From: an uncultured Fluviicola sp.
GTDB taxonomy: Bacteria > Bacteroidota > Bacteroidia > Flavobacteriales_D > Crocinitomicaceae
Length of the DNA stretch: 64,000 nt
Direction of reading: 5' to 3'
NCBI GenBank assembly: GCA_965650135.1
Contig: CBFGNC010000015.1
Coordinates: 22,585 to 86,584 of the forward strand
Both the position numbers and the translations under genes were made by a program. Of this stretch, positions 39,211-47,227 are shown piece by piece. Position 1 is the stretch's first letter, and every line of letters starts with the position of its first letter. The notes beneath the pieces were generated by a model that ran no database searches, was not told where the DNA came from, and was given only the letters and a program-made list of their open reading frames with translations.

Positions 39211-39555
39211 TTACTCACTCCAAGTTGCATTCCGTGGACAAAATCCGTGAATTCTTTTAAAAGCCTTGCTAAAAGAGGCCAAATCCGCATACCCGAAAAT
39301 CGAACTGATCTCTGTCCAGGTATAGGAATTTTCCACGTGTAACTTTCTGGCCCTCTCCATTTTAAGAATCCGGAAATAGCTTGCCGGACCGATTCCTACA
39401 TAGGTTTTGAAGCTTTTATTCAATTTTGAAATTGAAAAGCCGATCATCCGCGCATGATTCGCAATATCGAAATGCTCATGCGGATGTTCATTCATGTATG
39501 CAATCAGTTTTTCAATTGCCTTACTGTCTTCCGGGTGCAATATCTTATTCATCAT
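39211..39555 (-). CDS. stand-alone AraC/XylS-type HTH regulator (MarA/SoxS-sized)
   Basis: About 114 aa consisting only of the dual-HTH domain (IANHARMIGFSISKLNKSFK...TWTEISSIFGYADLASFSKAFKR). The ATG at 39555 is preferred over the TTG at 39558. Confidence 0.75.
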   Translation of the reverse strand: MMNKILHPEDSKAIEKLIAYMNEHPHEHFDIANHARMIGFSISKLNKSFKTYVGIGPASYFRILKMERARKLHVENSYTWTEISSIFGYADLASFSKAFKRIHGFCPRNATWSE

Positions 39556-39582
39556 CAAAAGATTACCAAAACAAAGGTAATG

Positions 39583-39596
39583 ATTGATACATCAAT
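39583..39596. promoter_or_regulatory. perfect 14-bp palindrome ATTGAT-AC-ATCAAT next to a TACCTTTG -7-like box, upstream of the AraC-type gene
   Basis: The palindrome lies 27-40 nt upstream of the ATG at 39555. On the - strand it is followed by tacctttg, which matches TAnnTTTG. Confidence 0.35.
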
Positions 39597-39990
39597 TAAT
39601 TGTTCAAAATCACTTTATATTACCACTTGTCATTGATTCTGAACCGCTTACAAATTCGGGTAAAAACAGACAACAAAAAACCAACTGAAAACACTGATTT
39701 TTGGAGAAACAAATAAAAATAAAGGATATGATTCACTGGTTCTCAAAGCAACTTAGCATTATCGATCTTTTCGCAATTTTCGGTAAAAAATAACTTCAGA
39801 TATTTCTTCAACCCAGTTGGGTGGTTTCGCTTCTGTTTTTATGGAGATATAGAGTACAGTTAGGTAATAGGTGTTAAGATGCTTCAGCATTTGACAAAGC
39901 AAAACGAACGAAACCTACCCGATAGTTATCGGTAGAAGAAAAAACAGCTTTACGGCTGAGTAAATTAAAGATGAGAAGCCCTCCTTCTAG

Positions 39991-41289
39991 CTAGTGAGGG
40001 CTTTTTTCGCTGCCCAAAGTATCCAAATATTCCTCTTGTTCCATCGCTTCATCCAAAAGGGTTTCATTGGCTTTAAAGGCAATCTTTTTGAATACATACC
40101 GTAACAGGATTAAAGCAATAACTGCAAAAATTGCAGCAACGAAAAAAGGTGTTCCGTAGAAAATCGAATTCTTTTCCGCAAAAGGCACAGATTTGTAGAA
40201 AATCCACATCATGAAAATCGGTCCGATAATTTCTGCCAAACTCATCAGCGAAGTAAAAATTCCCTGCAATTCGCCCTGTTCGTTATTTTTTACCTGGCTT
40301 GAAACAAGCGAACGGATACTTGGATCTACAATTCCTGAAAATGCGTAAGGTAAAATAATCACGTACATCAACCAGCCGTAAGGAAGTAGGCCGATACCCA
40401 ATGTTACAATGCTCAGGATAATCAGACCCAAAGTTGCCGCGCCCTTTTCTCCCAGTTTTTTCACAATTGGGCCGGACATTAATCCCTGGACCAATCCAAA
40501 ACAAACACCAACTACAGCTAGTGAAATTCCAACATCTTTGGTTTCCCAACCGAAACGGGCAATCGTATAATAATTCCACACAGAATGGATGGCCATATTT
40601 GAAAGCAACACGATAAATGTAACTACGAATAGCCCTCTGTACTTTGGAAAACGTACAATCTGAACAATCGCACCAATCGGATTTGCACGGGCGATACTAA
40701 ATTTTCGGCGGTCAGAAACAGGCAGTGACTCTTTCAAAAAAATCAATCCGTAAATAAAATTAGCCAAAGACAAAAATGCCGCAACCATAAACGGAACACG
40801 CAATCCGAATTCGGAAGAAACAGCACCAATTGCAGGTCCAATAATAAACCCTACTCCAAACGCTGCTCCAATCAACCCGAAATTCTGGGCACGATTCTTA
40901 TCTGTTGAAATATCTGCAATATAAGCTGCTGCAGTGGTGAAACTCGCTCCAAACATTCCTGATACCGCTCTACCAACGATCAACCAAGCCAAACTTGGAG
41001 CAAAATACATGAATACGTAATCCAGGCCCAAGCCCAAAAGTGACATCAAAATAATCGGTCTGCGCCCATAGCGGTCACTCAAATTCCCAATCAATGGGGA
41101 AAATACGAACTGCATCGCTGCATAAGTTGCTAAAACAATTCCAGAGTATTTGGAAGATTCGTTGATTGACAAATGAGTCGCATCCGCAATCAGACTTGGT
41201 AAAGATGGAATGATAATCCCCAACCCGATTGAATCGATACAAATAGTGATCAAAATAAATAGTAAGCCTTTGGTCTGTTTTTCACTCAT
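39991..41289 (-). CDS. MFS transporter, DHA1/TetA-like efflux family
   Basis: 432 aa with 12 TM segments and motif A GNLSDRYGRRPI. Confidence 0.85.
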   Translation of the reverse strand: MSEKQTKGLLFILITICIDSIGLGIIIPSLPSLIADATHLSINESSKYSGIVLATYAAMQFVFSPLIGNLSDRYGRRPIILMSLLGLGLDYVFMYFAPSLAWLIVGRAVSGMFGASFTTAAAYIADISTDKNRAQNFGLIGAAFGVGFIIGPAIGAVSSEFGLRVPFMVAAFLSLANFIYGLIFLKESLPVSDRRKFSIARANPIGAIVQIVRFPKYRGLFVVTFIVLLSNMAIHSVWNYYTIARFGWETKDVGISLAVVGVCFGLVQGLMSGPIVKKLGEKGAATLGLIILSIVTLGIGLLPYGWLMYVIILPYAFSGIVDPSIRSLVSSQVKNNEQGELQGIFTSLMSLAEIIGPIFMMWIFYKSVPFAEKNSIFYGTPFFVAAIFAVIALILLRYVFKKIAFKANETLLDEAMEQEEYLDTLGSEKSPH

Positions 41290-41470
41290 GCGGCAAAATT
41301 ACGGATTCATTTTCGTTGTGGAAAAATCTGAACTTTAATTTTAGGTAAATTGTTGCTATAGAAGCGTGAATTGAAGATTTAAAAAGATGTAATCGAAAAG
41401 ATTTGGAAATTGTACCCTAACTTTTCGTTTTTCAATTCTCCCTTTTCAATTCATTCACTAGCTTTACAGG

Positions 41471-42154
41471 ATGAAACGTGAATTGGTAAAAACTGCAGAC
41501 GGCTCTACAACAATTTATCTTCCCGAGTGGAATGAACATTACCATTCAAGTCACGGAGCCTTACAAGAAGCTCAGCATGTTTTCATTAAGCACGGTCTGA
41601 ATCCGAAATCCGGAGATTATATCACTATTTTTGAAATGGGTTTTGGAACAGGGTTGAATGCCCTGCTCACCTATTTTGCTTCGGAAAAACGAAATCAATA
41701 CATTCATTACATCGGTTTGGAAGCTTTTCCACCAAGTCCCGAAGAAATTGAAGGAATGAATTATACTTCCTTTTCACGCGACGAAGAAGCCGAAGAAGTA
41801 TTCAAAAAAATGCACCGGGTGGATTGGAACGTCGCCCGCGAGATCTCGGAGCATTTTGTATTGGAGAAAATTGAAAAGCAGATCCAGGAATTGGAATTGG
41901 GTAAAGAAACCATCGACTTGTGTTATTATGACGCGTTTGGACCGCGGGTTCAACCCGAATTGTGGAGTCCTGAGATTTTCAAGAAGATTTACGATTGGCT
42001 CAGTCCGGGTGGAATCCTAGTTACTTACTGTGCCAAAGGACAAGTGAAACGCGATTTGAAATCGGTAGGTTTTGAAGTAATGGCTTTACCCGGTCCTCCA
42101 GGGAAACGGGAAATGACCAAGGCAATCAAAAGATTGCCAATTACGAATTCCTAA
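41471..42154 (+). CDS. mnmD: tRNA (mnm5s2U34) methyltransferase, MnmD-type (MnmC methyltransferase domain only)
   Basis: 227 aa. The N-terminus TADGSTTIYLPEWNEHYHSSHGALQEAQHVFIKHGL and the later motifs FEMGFGTGLN and YYDAFGP are typical. Confidence 0.7.
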   Translation: MKRELVKTADGSTTIYLPEWNEHYHSSHGALQEAQHVFIKHGLNPKSGDYITIFEMGFGTGLNALLTYFASEKRNQYIHYIGLEAFPPSPEEIEGMNYTSFSRDEEAEEVFKKMHRVDWNVAREISEHFVLEKIEKQIQELELGKETIDLCYYDAFGPRVQPELWSPEIFKKIYDWLSPGGILVTYCAKGQVKRDLKSVGFEVMALPGPPGKREMTKAIKRLPITNS

Positions 42155-42269
42155 TGCCGAATGACGAATTCATTCAATTCCTGTCAGGAAACGAATTCGT
42201 TTTATATCGTCGGACAATTCGTAATCGCAATTTATATAGTAATTTTAGAATAGTAAAAAACACAATAAA

Positions 42270-42767
42270 ATGGCAGATGTAAAATTAGGAGGAAATCCTC
42301 TACACACAAGCGGTGAATTACCGGCAACAGGATCACACGCAACAGACTTTTCATTGGTAAATGCAGACTTAGGAACTAGTTCATTGGACACTTACAAGGG
42401 GAAAAAATTAATTCTAAACATCTTCCCAAGTATCGATACCGGAACGTGTGCAACATCAGTTCGTGAATTCAACAAGAAAGCTTCTTCTTTGGACAACACC
42501 ACCGTTTTATGTATTTCCCGTGATTTGCCTTTCGCCCAAAAACGTTTTTGCGGGGCAGAAGGAATCGAGAATGTGGTAACACTTTCCGATTTCAGAGATG
42601 GCGAATTCGGAAAAAACTACGGATTGGAGTTATTGGACGGACCGTTAAAAGGATTGCATGCACGATCGGTTGTTGTTCTGGACGAGAATCATCAGGTAGT
42701 TTATACTGAATTGGTTCCGGACATTAAGGATGAACCGAATTACGACGCTGCACTGGCTGCTTTGTAG
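42270..42767 (+). CDS. tpx: thiol peroxidase
   Basis: 165 aa with the peroxidatic Cys context PSIDTGTCA and the resolving Cys context RFCGAEG. Confidence 0.9.
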   Translation: MADVKLGGNPLHTSGELPATGSHATDFSLVNADLGTSSLDTYKGKKLILNIFPSIDTGTCATSVREFNKKASSLDNTTVLCISRDLPFAQKRFCGAEGIENVVTLSDFRDGEFGKNYGLELLDGPLKGLHARSVVVLDENHQVVYTELVPDIKDEPNYDAALAAL

Positions 42768-42880
42768 GAAGTAAAGCTATTGCTTCGGGATTCATTTATA
42801 CCAAAAGGTATTACATTGTTGCTCTAAAAAAAGAGAAGTGAATATTTTTTTTTACTTTTAAAAAAAGCATCAACAGATAG

Positions 42881-42921
42881 AAAAGCCTCATTTTCACTAA
42901 GAAACTGAGGCTTTTTCTTTT
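42881..42921 (+). terminator. intrinsic terminator after tpx
   Basis: Stem agcctca/tgaggct (42884-42890 and 42906-42912), followed by tttttctttt. Confidence 0.65.
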
Positions 42922-42990
42922 ATCAACAGGCTCTCTTTTTGTCCTTAGGGATAAGTGTAAGAATATCCTCCATTTACCGTGGTAAACAAT

Positions 42991-45450
42991 TTACAATCCT
43001 CCGTTCAGATTCGGTTTCTCCGGTGGTCCTCCGGCATCCGACTCCGGCTTTTCATACCGACCGAATGAATATGCAACCTTGAACCAGATAATCCGAGTGT
43101 CGTTCTTGGAATAACCATCCATATTCAAATTCTGAAATGCTATACGTGTTGTAGATTGATCCGCGTTGAAAATATCCTCAAAGGATAAGGAAGTCTTTAA
43201 TTTCTTGTCATAAAACTCCCTGCTGAACACCACTTCCAGAGCTGAACGGTTCTTGATGAATTGGTAAATCTGGTAATTCCCTTTTGCAGATATATAATAA
43301 TCTACATTCATCCGGATTTTCCAAGGCAGAATAAATTGAGAGTAAACACCAGCCGTCCAAATTCCTTTATTTCGCTCCAGGTAATTGTACCCCGATATTT
43401 GGGTTTTGGTGAATTCGCCATACAGGTACATGAACGAAATTTTGTCAATTTCAACCGGTTCATCAAAAAACTTAAGCCCTTTCCTGAATATTCCGAATGG
43501 AACCGGGAGCGACATGAAGTAAGCCACCGTATTCACATTGTTGTAGGTTTTGAACGTTTGAACAGACTGGAGCGAATTCGGTTGAACAACGATTTCAGAA
43601 AGATTCAAAGACTGGGAATGCGTGTAATCCACTGATAATTGCAAATAGTCAAAAACAGTGAATTTCAGCTCCGCATTGTCATAAAAATTAGGTTTTAACT
43701 GTGTATTCCCTGTAGAGGAATTGTAAGTGTCATAATAACCGGAATTATTCGGATCAAACTGACTGAAATTCGGAATACCGATTTTACGCGAATACGTTCC
43801 AATCAGGTTAATATCGGAACTGATGCGGTAAATGGCATTAAACGATGGAAAAAAATTAAAGTAATTATTCTGCGCTGAAGCGGTTACATTCGAACTCCTG
43901 GTAAGGCTGAAGTTTTCAGCCCGCACCCCTGCTCCAACGGAAACCTTCTTGCCTAATCGCTTTTTCAATTCCACATATGCAGCCAAGTTGTCTTCGCGGT
44001 ATTTGAAATCGATACTGGAAGTATAGAACGGATTTGCAAAAATATCATCCGATGCATTTTGAAGGTTGTAGGATCCGACATTATTTGTCCCCAAATTCTG
44101 GTATTTGATGCCTGTATTCAGATAAAATTTGATTTTTTCAAACGGAATTTCAGCATCTGCCCGAAAATAGAACTTCTGAATTTTCAAGCGGTAATTCAGC
44201 ACACTAAAATCCTCCGAAGCAAATTCTCGTTGTGTATTGTTTCTGCGCGAATCGTTCCAATAAGTCGAATAGAATGCTGTGATATTCAAAACACGATGCA
44301 GCGTATCGAATTCGTTTCTGTATTTTACAATGAATTCATTGTTCTGACCTTTATTCCGTGACCAATACTTGGTTTGCAGATCGACTACCGGGACAATTTC
44401 CCGACTGCTTGTCGTCGAATTCCCTTTATAGATATTGTCGCTATAAGATCCGTTATAATTCAAGATCAGGTTCGACCGTTTGGTCAACCGGACATTCACG
44501 GAAGGTTTGAAATAATAATATTGGCTGACAGTTTGCTCCTTTCGCTCTGAGATCAGGGCTGCAACCGGATTGAAGGAAGTGTATGATTTATTGGCCGTAG
44601 TGCGATTGGAACGCTCATTATAGGAATATCCCGCCTGAAACTGCCAATTCCAACGTGAACGTCTTCCACTCATAACCAAAGAGGGTGAAAGCTTGTTATT
44701 CTGATTCAATCCGTAATTCAAGGTAAACGTACCGGACAACCATTTGGTGACTTTCCCCAAACTAACAATATTGATGATTGCTCCACTGACATTTGCATCG
44801 TATGAAGCACCCGGATTCGAAATGATCTCGATTGTTTCCACCGAAGTTGCGGGTAAACTCTTCAGCAAATTCACCAGGTCATCCGTCGACAAACTACTCG
44901 GAATTCCTTCAAAATAGACACTTGCAATCTGACCACTGATCGCAAAGCCGCCACCAGGATAAGGAACAACGCCCGGAATTTTTAAAATCGCATCATAAAT
45001 ACTGCTAACTGTCAGAATCGGGTTATCCTTTACGGTAATTGTTGTCTTATCCGCATCAACCTGGATAAACCTGCGCTGGATTCCGGTAACAGTTACCTCA
45101 TCCAATACGGAAACAGTTTCTTTCAAAATCAATTCTCCCAACTGGATTGTATCCACAGTATTGGCCTTGATTTCGAAACTCAATAAAATGGGATCGTACA
45201 GTTGTGTATGAATGGTAAAGGAATAAACCCCGTCCCTTTTTGGAAGTTCAACGATTTGTTGACAAGCCAGAAACTGTTCCCTTTTCAAAATACTGTCCTT
45301 CCCATCAACCTTCATGGAAATACTCAATTGTTTTGGAATATCTTCACATGGGATGTCCTTTCCTGTCAATGAAAATCGAATCCATTGGGACTGTCCTAAT
45401 AAGCTGTAAGAAAGAAACAGTAAACAGATAAGGCAAAAGTATCGTGTCAT
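42991..45450 (-). CDS. outer-membrane beta-barrel protein with an N-terminal carboxypeptidase-regulatory-like and plug-like region (TonB-dependent-receptor-related)
   Basis: 819 aa with a signal peptide, the plug-like segment VTVTGIQRRFIQVDADKTTITV, and a long barrel rich in alternating aromatics that ends ...VAYSFGRYEKP. Confidence 0.6.
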   Translation of the reverse strand: MTRYFCLICLLFLSYSLLGQSQWIRFSLTGKDIPCEDIPKQLSISMKVDGKDSILKREQFLACQQIVELPKRDGVYSFTIHTQLYDPILLSFEIKANTVDTIQLGELILKETVSVLDEVTVTGIQRRFIQVDADKTTITVKDNPILTVSSIYDAILKIPGVVPYPGGGFAISGQIASVYFEGIPSSLSTDDLVNLLKSLPATSVETIEIISNPGASYDANVSGAIINIVSLGKVTKWLSGTFTLNYGLNQNNKLSPSLVMSGRRSRWNWQFQAGYSYNERSNRTTANKSYTSFNPVAALISERKEQTVSQYYYFKPSVNVRLTKRSNLILNYNGSYSDNIYKGNSTTSSREIVPVVDLQTKYWSRNKGQNNEFIVKYRNEFDTLHRVLNITAFYSTYWNDSRRNNTQREFASEDFSVLNYRLKIQKFYFRADAEIPFEKIKFYLNTGIKYQNLGTNNVGSYNLQNASDDIFANPFYTSSIDFKYREDNLAAYVELKKRLGKKVSVGAGVRAENFSLTRSSNVTASAQNNYFNFFPSFNAIYRISSDINLIGTYSRKIGIPNFSQFDPNNSGYYDTYNSSTGNTQLKPNFYDNAELKFTVFDYLQLSVDYTHSQSLNLSEIVVQPNSLQSVQTFKTYNNVNTVAYFMSLPVPFGIFRKGLKFFDEPVEIDKISFMYLYGEFTKTQISGYNYLERNKGIWTAGVYSQFILPWKIRMNVDYYISAKGNYQIYQFIKNRSALEVVFSREFYDKKLKTSLSFEDIFNADQSTTRIAFQNLNMDGYSKNDTRIIWFKVAYSFGRYEKPESDAGGPPEKPNLNGGL

Positions 45451-45621
45451 GTGACGGGTTCAGTTTTCAAAATTCAAAAATAGTATTAAAGTCTTTAGGG
45501 AAAGTGAGTTTTGGATGGATGGTTACAGATAATTCAATCAACCATTTGAAAAAAAGTAATAACTGCCCCCCCTGACACTTTACTACTTCCGTTTCTCTTC
45601 AAAATAATTAAATCAAAATAT

Positions 45622-46575
45622 ATGAAACGCCTCAATTTTTTATCAGTACTTCTGGCAGGAGCCTTACTGATTTTTGCCAGCTCTTGTAAAAAAGACAAAA
45701 CGCAACCAACGACTCCGGATCCTACGAACCCGGCAACGAATTATGCAGCCACATTTTTCACCAATAACCTGAACAACGGGAAACAAACATTCACGATCAA
45801 TGCAGGACAGGCTCAAACCGTTACCGGTAACAAGGGAACTGTCATTCATTTCAACGCGAACTCCTTTGTCACTGCCAATGGCACTCCTGTTACCGGAAGT
45901 GTACAAATCGAATTGGTTGAAATTTTCAGCAAATCAGATATGATTTTAATGAATAAACAAACCGTTGGTAAAACAGGAAATGGTGGTGTTAGTCAGTTGA
46001 TTTCAGGTGGACAATTCAGCATCGTAGCGAAACAAAACGGGCAAAAATTAAAGTTGGCACCGGGAATGAGCTACCAGATAGAAGCTCCTGCACCGAACGG
46101 AACAACTGGTATGATGGGCTTATTTTATGGACAGGAAGATGGTGAACAGTTGGAATGGACGCAGGCAGATTCGTCATTTGTAAATCCGGGGACCGGCATT
46201 TATTCGGCATTCCCTGACTCCACAGGATGGGTAAATTTGGATTACTTCATGAACAATCCCGGACCTCTATCAAAATTGAGTGTCCAGATTCCTTCCGGAT
46301 TCACAACTGCAAATACACGTGTATTCGTTTCAATCGACGGTTCCAGTGCTATGGCGGGAATTTATCATGTAGATTCAGGAATTTTCAATTCAGGAGATTA
46401 CTACAAACTACCTGTGGGAATGAGTGTACACTTTGTTATAATCAGTTTGGATAACAATGAAATTCATGCGGCTGTAGTACCTGCAACGATAACAGCCAAC
46501 CATTTGCAGGTAGTCACCTCATTGAGCGCTTATTCTCTTACTCAATTAGATGCATTACTGGACAACCTTCCTTAA
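45622..46575 (+). CDS. hypothetical lipoprotein
   Basis: 317 aa with a lipobox LLIFASSCKKD. I recognise no family. Confidence 0.4.
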   Translation: MKRLNFLSVLLAGALLIFASSCKKDKTQPTTPDPTNPATNYAATFFTNNLNNGKQTFTINAGQAQTVTGNKGTVIHFNANSFVTANGTPVTGSVQIELVEIFSKSDMILMNKQTVGKTGNGGVSQLISGGQFSIVAKQNGQKLKLAPGMSYQIEAPAPNGTTGMMGLFYGQEDGEQLEWTQADSSFVNPGTGIYSAFPDSTGWVNLDYFMNNPGPLSKLSVQIPSGFTTANTRVFVSIDGSSAMAGIYHVDSGIFNSGDYYKLPVGMSVHFVIISLDNNEIHAAVVPATITANHLQVVTSLSAYSLTQLDALLDNLP

Positions 46576-46591
46576 CTAAATTTCGTTTGTA

Positions 46592-46640
46592 GCAAAGGAT
46601 GAGTTATGAGTTATCTCAACCATCCTTTGCTTTGTATTTT
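46592..46640 (+). terminator. intrinsic terminator after the lipoprotein gene
   Basis: Perfect 10-bp stem gcaaaggatg/catcctttgc. The loop contains gagttat twice. It is followed by tttgtatttta. Confidence 0.6.
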
Positions 46641-46669
46641 ATGTTTGACTGAAACAACTCCCTTATCTT

Positions 46670-47227
46670 TTGTTTGAATTAAATCATGATTCCATTAATG
46701 CTATAAAAAAAGGTGATCGGAAGATCATACTGGATTTATATCGCTACACATTTCAAGTGTTAATGGGAAATGCTGTCCGATATTCAAACGACCAGGAAAA
46801 ACAAATGGAAATTGTAAACAATGCGTTTATGAAAATTGTAGCGAACATCGATCAATTCAAACTGGGAACAGCTTATTTTTCATGGGCTAAACAAATCGTT
46901 AAACGTGAGATTATTGATGATTTCAGAAAAAACAAACGCTACAAAGAACTCTTCTCTTACAATGATGATTACAAAAATGATTCGTTGTTAAGCGAGCCGG
47001 AAATTGATGCTACATTTCAGGCAGAAGAACTGCAACTTTTACTTGACAATTTACCGCCGGCAACAAAACTTGTTTTCAATCTTTATGCCATCGACGGTTA
47101 CACCTCTAAAGAAATCATGGAAGAACTCCAAATCTCTTATGAAACAGTAAAATGGCACATTAAAGAAGCACGAAAACGTTTAAGAAATGTACTAAGTATT
47201 CATCAAACTCAAGAAATGAAGTCATGA
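46670..47227 (+). CDS. ECF-type RNA polymerase sigma-70 family factor
   Basis: 185 aa with a region 2 and a region 4 HTH (GYTSKEIMEELQISYETVKWHIKEARKRL). The TTG start is taken from the ORF track. Confidence 0.8.
   Translation: MFELNHDSINAIKKGDRKIILDLYRYTFQVLMGNAVRYSNDQEKQMEIVNNAFMKIVANIDQFKLGTAYFSWAKQIVKREIIDDFRKNKRYKELFSYNDDYKNDSLLSEPEIDATFQAEELQLLLDNLPPATKLVFNLYAIDGYTSKEIMEELQISYETVKWHIKEARKRLRNVLSIHQTQEMKS

Noticed and set aside
41340-41460. Nested inverted repeats (gaattgaa...ttcaattc and cgaaaag...cttttcg) and a ttttcaattc direct repeat in the MFS/mnmD divergent promoter region
   Set aside because: These are short AT-rich words of 7-10 nt in a very AT-rich region, so I cannot distinguish them from chance without genome-wide statistics. 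The region is mentioned only as a footprinting target under the mar-like finding.
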